DNA from: Haliotis cracherodii
Taxonomy: Eukaryota
Length of the DNA: 64,000 nt
Direction of reading: 5' to 3'
Assembly (NCBI RefSeq): GCF_022045235.1
Contig: NW_027266275.1
Span: 67,642,001-67,706,000, forward strand
Position numbers and translations under genes: made by a program. The notes beneath the pieces are model-generated. The model had not been told where the DNA came from. It saw only the letters and a list, made by a program, of their open reading frames with translations, and ran no database searches. Each line of letters opens with the position of its first letter. Position 1 is the first letter of the stretch. Positions 11,831-24,929 of this stretch are shown here, piece by piece.

Positions 11831-14420
11831 CAAATAACCACACTTATAATTATATTGAAACACATGATTCCGTTTACAATCTCAAGAGGTAATACAACAG
11901 GTAAAATCTGTGAAAGCAGCATTAAGTAACACGCACTATCGAATATCCTGCTTCGTTCTTGAATCCGGTGTTTTCAGATAGGTATCGCACTGGGCAAGCA
12001 GATACGACACAGGTCATAGAAGGCATATAATCTACCTCGTCTCGCTTTCATATAGGTACAACTTAATTCTAATTCTAATTACTCTCACTACTGCAGACTA
12101 TTACCCAAAGCTTCGGAATCCAGTACAAAAGAAGAATGGACATGTCATGCCAAAAGTTGATGGTCCTGGTAGTTTTGGCAGATAGTCGGTGGAAAAATGT
12201 ACAAACGGTTCATGTAGAGCAGCCAGACTTGGATGACGGCTGACTGGGACAGTATTGATTAATTCCAACTCTATTTCCACGTGTTCAGTTTTTGCATTCA
12301 AACATTGACACCATCACGCACTCTCAACTCACTCTGAAATGAACTGAGGTCCAAAAGAAACTTTACCAGAGTTTGAAATCACTCTTGCTAAAAAACAACA
12401 AAACATACATGCATGAAGTAAAGTGTATTGAGAAGATCAATATATGAACATAATCAACACTGAAAATGACAATCATACCGCGACCGAGAATGACATCAGA
12501 GCCCCCCAAAGTTGGGTGTGGTACAAACTTTCAACTGTGGCTTTCAGAATCATTGACAATAGGCAGAGTACATAAACAATCGCTCACGTTCAGTAACAAG
12601 TCATTAGTAGCGTGTGTGACCACCAAATGCCTCAATACACGCAAAAACTCTTCGACACACAGAAAAAGTCAGTCGTCTGATGAGGTCACGTGCGATTTGA
12701 CGCCATTCTTCTTGAAGGGCCAAGATCAGTTCTTGCCGGTTGGCTGGAGAGTGTGGTCGTTGTCGAAAACGACGATCCATCAAGTCCCAGAGGTGTTCTA
12801 TGGGGGACACGTCGGGTGAGCGTGCAGGCCACGGCAGGACGTTGACGTTGTTGGCTGCGAGGAAGTTAGTGACAATTCTGGCTGTATGGGCACTAGCGTT
12901 GTCATGCTGATAAATGACACCACGTGGTGGCTGTTGGAGAAATGGTAGGACAACTGTACAAAGAATGTTATCCATGTAACGCTGAGCTGTCAAGTTTCCG
13001 TCAACGATGACCAGCGGTGTCCTCTCCTGCCCACAGATCCCTCCCCACACCATGACACTCCCCATATGGTACGTCCTCCTGCACGCAACACGCCGCCGTT
13101 CGTTCACCCCTTCGGCGGTAAACACTATGTCTTCCATCAGCCCTAAACATACAGAATCGACTTTCGTCAGTGAAGACAACCCTCTGCCAGTCACGTCGTT
13201 GCCAGCGTCATACAGTCCGGACCCATCTCAATCGCAGACGACGATGTTGCGCTGTCAATAGCTGTCCTCTGTATGGTCTAAAAGCCCTGATTCCATGAGC
13301 CCTGAGTCTCCTGGCCACTGTCTGTCGACTAACCCTGTGACCTAAGGCATTTGTTGCCGATGACGTCACTGTCGGGAAGCGATTTCGGAGGTGCAAGGTA
13401 CGCAAGTACCGGTCATCACGGGGCGTGGTCACCCTGGGTCTGCCTGTTCTTGGCCTGTCATCGGTCCGCCCTCTCTGTCTGTAACGTTGCATCAAGTTGG
13501 TAACGGCAACACGGGAGCAACCGAAGGTTCGTGCAATATGGGCGTGGGTGGCTCCCATCTGTACCATACCAAAGGCTCGTTCACGTTGTTCGACTGTGAG
13601 TCGTGGCATTTCTTTTGTGATTTTGTATCACTGTGGATGTTTGACTTGCCGTTGCAATCGTTTTATACCCTTACCCGCACGTGGATTTGCAGTTGTCCGT
13701 GGTGCACGTGTTTTTCACTTTTTCGCGTGTTATCTTGCAAACATGTAACAGACGATTAACATTTTCTGCATACACTATTGTTGTATTACTGTAATACTTT
13801 GTCTGAAATTTATATTTTCAGTTGGTAAAGTTTCTTTTGGACGTCAGTTTACATTCAACAGGTTCATCGTCTCTGTTTGGCCATATTTTGGCATACGCTC
13901 CTACAGCGAAGTCACTGGTGATTACGGGTTGGTAGCAATATGATGAGTTATCATGACTGCCAGTTTCACCTCTTGCACCATTTTCGTTTCATTGAACAAC
14001 TTAGATTTGATGATGTTCGTATTGGGAAATATAGCTGTTGGTTGCTCCTGAAATATTGCGGGACATTTAGAAAATACTGATTTTTGCTTTAGAATGTTAA
14101 TGTGGTTTTAAGCACCAAATCCCATGTTTACAAATTTCAGAAACACGTGGTGTTTTTTTCTGATTTATGGGAGTCTTTCCTGGCCACACATTTAAAAAGC
14201 AATATAACGAATTATACTCTCTAGTCTATACTGTTGGCTCTTCCTGTTTTTGTAGACGCATACTTCAGCGCGGAAGTTGCTTTCGTCGTTTGATTTCTTC
14301 CAAGACAACAGAGAATAGACTTAATCTTACTTTTTGCAGTTCAGATGGTTGCTGAAAAACCCAATGGATGGTGGTGTTATTGGGCTTTCTTTCCTTCCTT
14401 TGACCATGGCTGCAGTGGAG
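11830..14420 (-). pseudogene. Orthomyxo-like NP fossil split by the Tc1 at 12342-13849
   Basis: ALHEPFVHFST..STFGMTCPFFFCTG..RSFG resembles Thogoto NP (FNDPVV..YGIMNIHHHYMQG..SFGP); extension beyond the Tc1 is inferred. Confidence 0.4.
12342..13849 (-). mobile_element. Near full-length Tc1 (DD34E) transposon with inactivated transposase
   Basis: TIRs aactga(g/c)gtccaaaagaaactttacc; transposase 13609-12604 with HTH, TDES..QHDNA..(34)..SPIEH; one stop (13208-13210) and one frameshift (~13065). Confidence 0.95.
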
Positions 14421-14469
14421 TCTTTGGGATTAGGCCATTCTCATCAATACAGAGTATTTCGTGAGCAGG

Positions 14470-14565
14470 CGACAATGCTTGTTGTAAGAGGCGACAAGCA
14501 TAGTCACCTTTTACGGCAGGCATGGGTTGCTAAGACCTATTCTATCCCGGAATCTTCACGGGTCC
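14470..14565 (-). mobile_element. SINE family A 5' fragment
   Basis: gcatgggttgctaagacctattcta..atcttcacggg plus an inverted ttgtaagaggcgac motif. Confidence 0.7.
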
Positions 14566-14609
14566 AGTTGTTCAGTATTCGATCAACCATCAAGACTGAA
14601 ATCAGCATG

Positions 14610-14730
14610 TTAGTGAGTGAGTTGGGTTTATCGACGCTTTTAACAGTATTCCAGTTATTTCACGGCGTGTCAGCTTAATGTGAAAGGAAAACCCGAAGTG
14701 ATGCAGGTGTTAGACGTTTACCACTTTGGT
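14610..14730 (-). mobile_element. SINE family B 3' fragment
   Basis: Matches 60115-60232. Confidence 0.8.
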
Positions 14731-14769
14731 GAATCTGTTCTACCAGAGTTGCAGTGTCATCGTTACGTC

Positions 14770-15400
14770 TCGTAGTGGTCTGCAAGTTATGATATTATAA
14801 AGAGGCACTCTTCTTGACACTGTCCAACGACTGACAGGATGACTGTCTCAGCCGATGACGTCACAATGATACTATCATTCCCTAGGTGGAGTATACACAT
14901 GTTAAGTTTCATGGGTGGTGGTGACAGGAGGCCTGCCACTCCTAGGCTTGTCTCTCTTCCGCCCATGCGCCCAGTGACTATCATTCGTCTACAGACAAAA
15001 CTCCTTACAACGTCATCATGCGTTGCTCCTTGGTGTATCATACCAGCAGCTTGTTCTCACTGTTGTAGCGACCTTAGCATGCTACTGCCCAACGGTTCGG
15101 GTGTACATTGTTCCTTTTATACCCATATCTTTGCAGGTTGCAAGGCGGTAAGCGAAGCCAAAGTTTCACTTCAAACTGAAGTTCCTATGATCTGGGTACC
15201 GTAGCACGTACATTATTCAGCAAATTGTTTTTGCTGTGTTTGGTCGATTGATTTTAAAACATTTTGTGACACTTTTAGGGGTTTGTACCCAAATGTGTCT
15301 AAATTTCAGTTTGGAAACGTTTCATAAACATATTTCATAAACATTTATGTCCATTACCCACAATCTTAGTATTTGAAAAGTACATTCCTTGAGTAGTTGT
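14770..15400 (-). mobile_element. Decayed Tc1 fragment (N-terminal HTH)
   Basis: MIHQGATHDDVVRSF..LHL..VTSSA, homologous to the 13609 transposase. Confidence 0.75.
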
Positions 15401-15565
15401 GAGTACAAACATATCAAGTTGATCAGTTTTCTGCCAATCTGAAGAAAACTGCACACTTGGCTTTTGCCTACACATAGTGTTGTAAACAATGGTATTTTAT
15501 TAAATAAAAATGGTTTATCATACTGAAATTTTCAGCGTTCTGTTTTAATATCACTTTTATTTGTA

Positions 15566-15746
15566 GGGCGGTCGGGTAGCCTAGTGGTTAATTAAAGCGT
15601 TCGCTCGTCACGCTGAAGACCCGGGGTCGATTCCCGACATGGGCACAATGTGTGAAGCCCATTTCTGGTGTCCCCCACCATGATATTGATGGAATATTGC
15701 TAAAAGCGGCGTAAAACCATACTCACTCACTCACTCACTCACTCAC
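15566..15746 (+). mobile_element. Short tRNA-derived SINE family C
   Basis: A/B boxes (tagcctagtgg, gtcgattcc), shared SINE 3' tail and (ctca)n; second copy at 48362-48533. Confidence 0.9.
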
Positions 15747-15929
15747 ATTTATCTGTACTGTTGTCGTGAACAGTGATAAAAATGTTCTTACCATATGTTG
15801 AAATTGAAACGTGATGTAAAAAATATCAGCTCTCTTTTCTGAAGATAAAATCCGTCTCAGCATCTCAAAATGAAGAAAACAACAACATGACTCAACCCCA
15901 AAAAACCGCCCCCTCTAAATATCATATTG

Positions 15930-18900
15930 TCCACCTCTTAGTGGAACATTGTGTAACGAGGATTCTTGAGTGTGTTTTTTGAGCAGTAAAGAGCTACTCT
16001 GTGAAATAAGGGGGAAATGTTGTTCTCCTGAGATACTTTGAATATTTAAAGTCATATTGATTGCAGTCAAAGGGAGTCTTAAATCCAACGTGGACATGAT
16101 TCGAAAGGAAATTGATGTCCTGAAGTTTTACTGCCTTACTCCTCTGACATTTTTCTACATTTACTTGAGATATAGTTTAAATGCCCCCTAATCGTTCCAT
16201 AAAGGTAACAAGATAGATACCATCCAACTGCAGTGTAACTTGTCAAAAAATGTTCAGTCAAATATATAAGTGACATTTTACCGATGTCTGTAGCATGTTC
16301 ATATTGTTTGTTGTAAAAGCAATACAGTAATTGAGAATGCTTCCTTTTGGATAGAAATGCATTAGACTGTGAGAAATTACGGAATTAGCGGTCTCAAGGT
16401 TATACATACATCTTTTATTCATGTTGGATCAATCTAGGCTTAGTTTACATACCTAGATTTATACCCACTTACCGTGTATTACATGTATGAAACTATAATA
16501 CACCTTAGATCCAAATTCCACATGCTGCCGGTAAGGTAGCAAACAACTATATGACTCCTATCTAATTCCTATGAAATCAACATGTAAAATGTAAAAATAA
16601 ATGAAAACTTTGAAGACTATCAATATAATATTGTAAAGACTGCATCATGTACTTTCATGGGGATGATGCTATTCATCATATGGTTTTATACTGTTCACTG
16701 TGACATATAACGACTGAGGAATGTGTGAAGATCCCATTCCTGACTGTGCCTTACACTTGTCGTCATGTTCCCAGTATCCGCTCGCCAATGCACATATTAC
16801 TCAATTCACAAATACCCATTTTCCCAATTCGAAAACATACATCTGTATAAAAATCGAAAGAATTAAATTACCCAGAGCGGTGTGGTGAAAGCTTTGTTAC
16901 AAAGACACCCTATTCGTAACTAAGTTGTTTCTTCTGGGATTCCAAATCCATAATACATACATTTACAAATGCATGCACTTCCAATCCCCTGTTAAACACA
17001 TCCCTTCTGCATCGTTCTTGAAATTAGAAAAAACAAGGTCTGCTTTAACCAATTGATCTAATGGATTATTGTATGGCCGTTGTGTGGACAGGGTGCTTGA
17101 ATTATTGCTGAGCACTCTCAAAATAGTTATCTTTGACCGTCTTAGAGCTATCAATATGAGAGAACTGTCAATGATTCCTACTCTAAAGCAACTGCGTTAC
17201 GGTTCACATCAGACAGTGTCTCCTTTATTCGAATTCTGTCTTGTTTAACGTAAATTTATCCTGGAACGCTAGTGATCTTACAAGGAAATCCATCGAGACA
17301 ACTTGCGGATGTCTATTAGTAATGTGATTTTGAAGTAACACATACGTGTAGTATATATCGTACGTGAGATACAATTGGAAAACTACCCCCCATTGTTGTA
17401 TTGGAGTCGAGAGTAAATCATTACAAATCAGTGTGACATACTTATATCGACATGTAAGTACGACGTGTGTAATAGTACTATGTTGGTTTATGTTGGGCAT
17501 TTACCTTTGACACTTCATATATTTATCTTCCAATTAGTCTTAGTGAACAAAACCAATACCATACTAAAGCATGCAACACCGTGTTGAAGCAGGCAGTACA
17601 TAATCATTTTGCATTGTATCTAAAATAGAAGTCACTAGAAAATGTATTAATGCTTTTTGCTCAATATTGAACGATACAGAAACCAGATGCACATACGCTG
17701 ACTAATGAGTGTTCATCATTCTATAGGGTGGTTTTAAAAAAATGCTAGACCATAAACGTGCTTGTACAAAGCATTTGGATAATGACATTGCAGCAAAAAT
17801 CGATTCTTGCTCTTCTCTTTTAATGTTGTAGAAGTGATAAAGCCTTTATATTGCAAGAAAATTCGATGCTCTAAATGAATTGTAGTACACTTATTCGGGT
17901 AAGAAATCTCGTAACAGTTAAAAGCACATTTTCTGATAAGTTTAAGTTTCTTTTGAAATGTACACAATGATCAATATTATGCTTTTCATCGTTAGCCATA
18001 GTGTGCGGTCACATCTTCCTTGATCGTATTGCTTTAGTTGATTCGCAGAACACGTAGCAAGAACAAGAGCAAATAACTGTACATTGTACATTGTTTAGTG
18101 AACATTGTTTACCAATTGACATGACGTCAACAAAGTTCTTATACAATGTACATGAAACAGAATGCCTGACATGACACGAGCTATATCTGAAATTTGCGTA
18201 TCATTCAGACTGGTAATAATGTGATTGCTTCGGTTTCTGCGTGTTACAATTCTGATTCGTCTATATTGGTAACGGTTTTTGTAACATAATTGTACCTTTC
18301 CTTGTCTTACCTGAAATCAGCACGAAGCATACAAAGAATCAAGTTATCTTTTCATCATTCACACCGGACCACAAACTCATTCATATGCACGCACAGCTTC
18401 TGCTCGATGGCATATGTTGAAATAAACAATCATTATTAAAAGTTAAATCTACTCATGGTAAAAAATCATATCAGGCCTACCGTAACATAGTTCCAAGGGT
18501 CTTCATCCCTTACCCCTTGACTAAAGTTCAGCAAACATTTTTTATAGATTTTATTATCGATATTGCAGGTTCCATTTTTATTCTTACGTATACAGTCTTA
18601 GGCTTTGACCTTAAAGATCTATTGGCGGGGTTTTATCACTTTGCTAATCCTTTGTCTGATTAAAACGTCAGGAGCAACGATTTAGTATTGGTGATGTAAG
18701 CTTCTACAGGCGAGGGGATTTAAGTGACCGTCTATCTCACTAAATCACTTCGTTTCATACAAGAAGCATCATACTACCTTTAAACATCAGTGCATTTGCC
18801 AATATATCTTCCAGAAAATGTCCATATCTCTAACCACGTTAATTGGTCTGGGTCAATATATTGAAAAGTGAAGGCTCCCCTTGTTCTGTAGCGGGAGGTA

Positions 18901-19240
18901 GAAAGACATCACAGTTTTTAATCCAGCAGAAGCTCGAATAGGTTCTTCAAGATGGGAAGCAAGCTTCGATTGCTGGACACAGTTTTTATATAAGACGAAA
19001 CAGAAAACTGTTATTTGAACAAGATTGAACTAGATGGAATTGGTTTCTTTGTATGTAACTGGCTTTCCGATAAGCTGTCGGTCATATGTATCACATTGAA
19101 AAGTTTTCATAAATATCCAAGCGTACGTGGAAATAGGGTTGGTGTTCTGATGACACTAACTTGGATGTCAAACACGAACCATGTGTCATTTATGGCGCCC
19201 TGTCTGTTATCTACTGCAAATGCTACAGATGAACATGTGA
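15930..19240 (-). pseudogene. Series of bunyavirus-like L fragments (left-arm copies of ~35610-38060 plus a left-only C-terminal piece at 18020-19240)
   Basis: RSLAFQDKFTL..PYNNPLDQLVKADLVF; GFKTPFDCNQYDF; FTFQYIDPDQLTWLEIWTFSGRYIGK (18885-18790). Confidence 0.5.
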
Positions 19241-19639
19241 ATACATGTGATAATTCATCTGGAATACCATATATGCTATCGATGTAGATATGATAGCTGC
19301 ACTTCTTTAAATCACCTCTATGTTTTCAAACTGTATTAGCAGTACCACTTAAATCTAATTTATGTTTTTAAACTGTATATATGACTATGACTATGATATG
19401 GATAACTACTTCAAACCTTATGTAGTACACATGGATACATGTATGGCAGATTAATAATATGAAGTAAACTTAAGCTCAGTATCCTGCTACTGTGCAACTT
19501 TAATGTTGCATATTCATGATCCGAATAATTTAAAACAGCCGAGAAACTCAAGCACATGTATTTATAGTTTGCTCATTAGAATATTTACAAGTGATTGGTT
19601 AACAAACACCATGTTATGAAAATATAGTATTTGTTTCAT

Positions 19640-20012
19640 ATTTAGATCTGTACATAAAGATTCAGAGTGACAAAACACTCCCCACAAGACTATTGACAAG
19701 AGGGATGACTTCAGCTTTCCAAGAGTCAACCTTTCCTTCATGTCGAGCAATATTCCAGCAGCTCCAGCCCTTGGTGTTTACATTGCACAACTTCTGATAT
19801 ACAATCGAGCATGCTCTTTCTACCAAGATTTCAAAGAGTGCCATACGTCTCTTACACAGCTATGAAGGTTTCGACATTCAAGGCCTCAGTAAAGCTTTCA
19901 ATTTTTTTTTTAATAGACATGTTCCCATGTTTTTTCAGGTGAACAATTGACTTGCCCTGGCATGTGTTTGTGACAGGTGCCACCGGTGGGGCACGATACG
20001 CTCACCTTTTCA
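19640..20012 (+). mobile_element. Penelope-like element RT C-terminal fragment (duplicated at ~20875-21246)
   Basis: DKRDDFSFPRVNLSFMSSNIPAAPALGVYIAQLLIYNRACSFYQDF, the typical invertebrate PLE thumb region. Confidence 0.85.
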
Positions 20013-20014
20013 AA

Positions 20015-20680
20015 ACTCTCTCGGCTAAAACACCATGTTGAACGAATTCTCCAATGATGATCGGAAAGGAAGTGTCGCTTGATTACCCTTCTAGACTTCA
20101 TTCCCGGCGATTTCAGTCGATTCCTCACTGTTCTGGCTGACATCCGGCTATTGGGTAACCATTGGCGCTTCAGAACAGGAGATGTTGCAAATGGTTGACG
20201 ACGTACAAGGGCCATGTCCTATCGCATTGATGGCATGCGAGGTCTTCCTGACTGTGGGAGATCCTGTATAGCGTTGGTTTGCCCCTGTTTTCGTACAAGT
20301 CTACTGATTACTGTATAATGGTATCCCAGTTGACATCATATGCTTTTGCAGGTCACGACTTTCGAATGCATACCAATAATACGCCATCAATACGCCTGTG
20401 ATAACCTTCTTCGTGGCACAGATAATGTTTCAAAAATGCAAGACAGTGACGTAAAATACCTAAAAATTGCGGTGTACAGCTACTGCATTTAAAAAAAATG
20501 TATGGGTGGTATGCTGCACGTGCATGTCGACTGCAATGTGACGTCACAGTTGCCACTATATGCTGTCATTTCGACGGAACACCATTCTTCACATATTCAT
20601 TGGGAAATTAGCAGTTATTAATGAGGATATTCAGTATTAATTATTTCAAGGGGTGATTAACTTTTTCCTTTGTGTATATA
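20015..20680 (-). mobile_element. Tc1 5' fragment (duplicated at ~21249-21914)
   Basis: LVRRQPFATS..MSARTVRNRLKS..RRVIKR. Confidence 0.8.
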
Positions 20681-22146
20681 TTGGTACATGTAGAATGTAG
20701 AGATTGCTTTCTTCTATTTTATGCAATCAACAATCTGTAAACTGAAAATTTTCATGAATTTAAGTGGCACGTGCTTTAAATACACATGGAATTTTGTCCT
20801 ACAACAATTACATCAGTAAGAAATATGAGAGATAATCAACAAAGATGTTATGAAAATATAGTATTTGTTTCATATTTAGATCTGTACATAAAGATTCAGA
20901 GTGACAAAACACTCCCCACAAGACTATTGACAAGAGGGATGACTTCAGCTTTCCAAGAGTCAACCTTTCCTTCATGTCGAGCAATATTCCAGCAGCTCCA
21001 GCCCTTGGTGTTTACATTGCACAACTTCTGATATACAATCGAGCATGCTCTTTCTACCAAGATTTCAAAGAGTGCCATACGTCTCTTACACAGCTATGAA
21101 GGTTTCGACATTCAAGGCCTCAGTAAAGCTTTCAATTTTTTTTTTAATAGACATGTTCCCATGTTTTTTCAGGTGAACAATTGACTTGCCCTGGCATGTG
21201 TTTGTGACAGGTGCCACCGGTGGGGCACGATACGCTCACCTTTTCAAAACTCTCTCGGCTAAAACACCATGTTGAACGAATTCTCCAATGATGATCGGAA
21301 AGGAAGTGTCGCTTGATTACCCTTCTAGACTTCATTCCCGGCGATTTCAGTCGATTCCTCACTGTTCTGGCTGACATCCGGCTATTGGGTAACCATTGGC
21401 GCTTCAGAACAGGAGATGTTGCAAATGGTTGACGACGTACAAGGGCCATGTCCTATCGCATTGATGGCATGCGAGGTCTTCCTGACTGTGGGAGATCCTG
21501 TATAGCGTTGGTTTGCCCCTGTTTTCGTACAAGTCTACTGATTACTGTATAATGGTATCCCAGTTGACATCATATGCTTTTGCAGGTCACGACTTTCGAA
21601 TGCATACCAATAATACGCCATCAATACGCCTGTGATAACCTTCTTCGTGGCACAGATAATGTTTCAAAAATGCAAGACAGTGACGTAAAATACCTAAAAA
21701 TTGCGGTGTACAGCTACTGCATTTAAAAAAAATGTATGGGTGGTATGCTGCACGTGCATGTCGACTGCAATGTGACGTCACAGTTGCCACTATATGCTGT
21801 CATTTCGACGGAACACCATTCTTCACATATTCATTGGGAAATTAGCAGTTATTAATGAGGATATTCAGTATTAATTATTTCAAGGGGTGATTAACTTTTT
21901 CCTTTGTGTATATATTGGTACATGTAGAATGTAGAGATTGCTTTCTTCTATTTTATGCAATCAACAATCTGTAAACTGAAAATTTTCATGAATTTAAGTG
22001 GCACGTGCTTTAAATACACATGGAATTTTGTCCTACAACAATTACATCAGTAAGAAATATGAGAGATAATCAACAAAGATACATATACATGTAGAATTCC
22101 CCAGCTAAAGTAACGACAAAAGGTACTATAACAGCTGATATTGACA

Positions 22147-22324
22147 TACAGAAGAGTACGGTTATAATGAACTCAAATGGACCACTAATTTTAGTTCATT
22201 ATAACCGTAGTTCGTTATGAGCATATATACAGCTTATATACAACAAATGGCCGTGACTAAAGATAAGTTCGTTATATCGGCCAGTTCATTATAAGCGTGT
22301 TCGTTATAACCGAAGTTTACGGTA
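22147..22324. mobile_element. MITE (pogo/Tigger-like TIRs)
   Basis: tacag..tacggttataa termini and internal gttataa repeats; second copy at 49435-49611. Confidence 0.75.
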
Positions 22325-22359
22325 CTCTTAACTGTATGACAAATATTATAGCATCATAT

Positions 22360-23220
22360 CACAGACACAGCACTGTATGCCAACACTAAAGTCGATATTT
22401 CATTCTGATGGCAATATATGCTGTAAATAATGACTTGGAAGAAGTATCAGCAAAACTATGAAAATGTCATGCAGTGCCTATATTTCAGTGTTGTGGGAAT
22501 CGCGCTCATATAGCGACCGTCTAGACATCTCCAATATCCATTATTACACATACTGGACACGAACTTTTGATTTTTTCTTATCTTATCACGTGGATGGTTT
22601 TTGCAAACATCTATGAAATATGAGTGAACTCTGTGTTAAATGACGTTGTTTTTAAATTGCCTGAAAGGCTGTCGCAGTATGTCTAACGTATCTGTGCAGA
22701 TATACTGCATTTTTAAGAAATTGTATCACAGCGTTGCACTTGTCTTAATTTGCCAATAGTTCTGGCGAAATCTAGTTATATATATGCTGTTTTCGCTCTA
22801 ATGTGTTGTATTCGTCAACAAATTATCAAAATGTCTAGGGGCCACTTGTTGACGGGATCCATAACTGGAAACACTATTTTCTCCCCCTTTTAAAGCCGTT
22901 TTAATACCGTTCTACAGTAAATCATTCTGATAATTAAGATGTAGGTATGTGTCATGTCAACTACATATATAGATTTGAATAACTTGCAAGACACGTGGTC
23001 AGATCCAACTATTTGAATGTTCCTGTCATTTTATACTTTTTTATAAACAATAAATATCACAATAGATGTGGTTATAAACTGGTGGACAAGCAGTCATTAA
23101 TGAGTCTTCTTTTTGTGGTTGCGTTGTGTAGTATTTTGTAGTAGAAAACTGCGAAGTATTTTCCAGTGATGCAAAGCGTGTTTGGCCTTAATGTATTTCT
23201 TTTAAACTCGGGTAGCACTT
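22360..23220 (+). pseudogene. PB1: Orthomyxo-like PB1 fossil, motif C to C-terminal region (left-arm copy)
   Basis: HSDG (~22411, SDD site), FSVVGI 27 codons later (influenza KLVGI), TGHELL..DGF.AN (motif E), LVDG, RH..RSN. Confidence 0.6.
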
Positions 23221-23580
23221 AAATAGTATCGAAAAACGGCAACAGAGAAAGAAATTTATTCTTAAGATAAATATGTTGATTACATGATTATTTTTCTCAG
23301 ACTACATTTGCAAACACCATGATAGCAGCATTCTTTTTCTTACTTACGCGCTCTAGGTTGGGATTCAATACGGCAGTTTTAAAAGTTACAGGCAGTATTC
23401 ATCACGTGAAAAGTAAGAAAGAGGAGTAAAATGAGGAAATAATGTAAGAAAGGGGTAGTTGTTTGTCCTTACAATTTAATATGTAAGCATGCAATGTCAT
23501 TTCCTTCTACCTACTGTCATTCCAAAATAAATACATTAATGCTTCCTCCAATATTGAACGATCATCAAATCAGATACACG

Positions 23581-23806
23581 TTTTGTTTTTTGTTTGTTGG
23601 TTGTTTAACGCAGCACCCAGCAGTATTCAAGCTATATGACGGCGGTCATAGACAATCCAGTAATTGGCATCATGAGCATCGATCCACGCAATTGGGATAC
23701 GATGACATGCATCAACCAAGTTAGCGAGCCTGACCACCCGATCCCGTTAGTCGCCTTTTACGGCAAGCATGTGTTGCTGAAGACCTATTCTACCCTGGAT
23801 CTTCAC
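23581..23806 (-). mobile_element. SINE family A, inserted after the inverted duplication
   Basis: Full body; cagata(c/a)ac TSD-like flanks; empty site in the right arm at ~30360. Confidence 0.9.
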
Positions 23807-24329
23807 ACATACAGATAAACATGTGTGCTTGACTAACCAGTATTCATAAGTATACAAGATGGTATTTCCAAAATATTAAACCGTCAACTTGCTTCTTCAA
23901 AGGTTAGAATAACGACCTTGAAGCGAAGATTGTTTTTACCATCCTCTCTTTCAGTATCTTTAACAAGATATAACTTTTAGGAGTATTCAGTAACTCAAAT
24001 TAACCTTGGTAATTATATTCACATAGAAGAAGATGCACATCTTCTTGCCATTTTAAGGTTCTTTTGAAATGTACAAAATGTTCAAATAACATATTCGTTC
24101 AGCAATAGCATATGAACACATTCCAATTGTTGCACTGAAAATATCTGAACGAAATATAAATCCGCAAGAAAGTAAAATGATAGTGATATGAAACTGCACA
24201 ATGCAAAAAAAGTTTGATATAAAGGCAGCATTATGACTCATGACTTGGTTGAGGAATACATTTGTAAAAAATAGGATAAAATGTGATACCTTCATAAATG
24301 AGGTAACATACACACGTGTATCATGTTAG

Positions 24330-24720
24330 AAACAGCAAGTTGCAAATTTTGAAACTAAAGCCTTATATAAGTCACATATTCAACACAACAAATGTGTCTT
24401 GTTCGTAATTGATTGAGAATCAGAAATTAAGAGGACGGTTAAACGGACATAAGTCCAAGATTCATTGAGAGCATATCACCTGAATGCAACAATCTTAAAT
24501 TTTTACCAGTCACGAAATTCTTAAAGCATTTAGTTCATTAGCAGCAAGGGCCAAGATTGGTCAACAAGTGAAAATATATCAGCTCTGTCGGATACGAATA
24601 AACACATCACAGAAGTAATTGCAAATCAGCCGAGCCAATCAACATGAAGCCAGTGCTAATGGGTGTTCTTCTAACAAAAGGATTTGGGCGAACCATGCCA
24701 GTCATAAACATCAACGGAAA
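24330..24720 (+). pseudogene. Orthomyxo-like PB2 C-terminal fossil
   Basis: PVLMGVLLTKGFGRTMPVININ compared with influenza [23 protein letters not shown]. Confidence 0.5.
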
Positions 24721-24929
24721 AAAACCCCTAACGCTGCTTAAGAACAATTTGTTTTACAAGTTGTTTTACGCCACAGCCAGCAATGTTCCAGCTGTAGCAT
24801 GGTGGCCAGTGAGTAACTGAAACTTTGCATGTTATGAATATAAGTAAGTTCACGCAGTCAGTTAACGATAATACGCAATGAACCATGCCACGGGTTGATA
24901 AGTTGGTGTACATACATGTATAACTTTTA

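Larger units (their letters stand above)
19611..22078. repeat. Apparently perfect 1234-bp tandem duplication
   Basis: 19611-20844 equals 20845-22078; ORF pairs in the track are identical at offset 1234. Confidence 0.95.

Noticed and set aside
12604-13609. Active transposase gene
   Set aside because: It has an in-frame stop at ~13208 and a frameshift at ~13065
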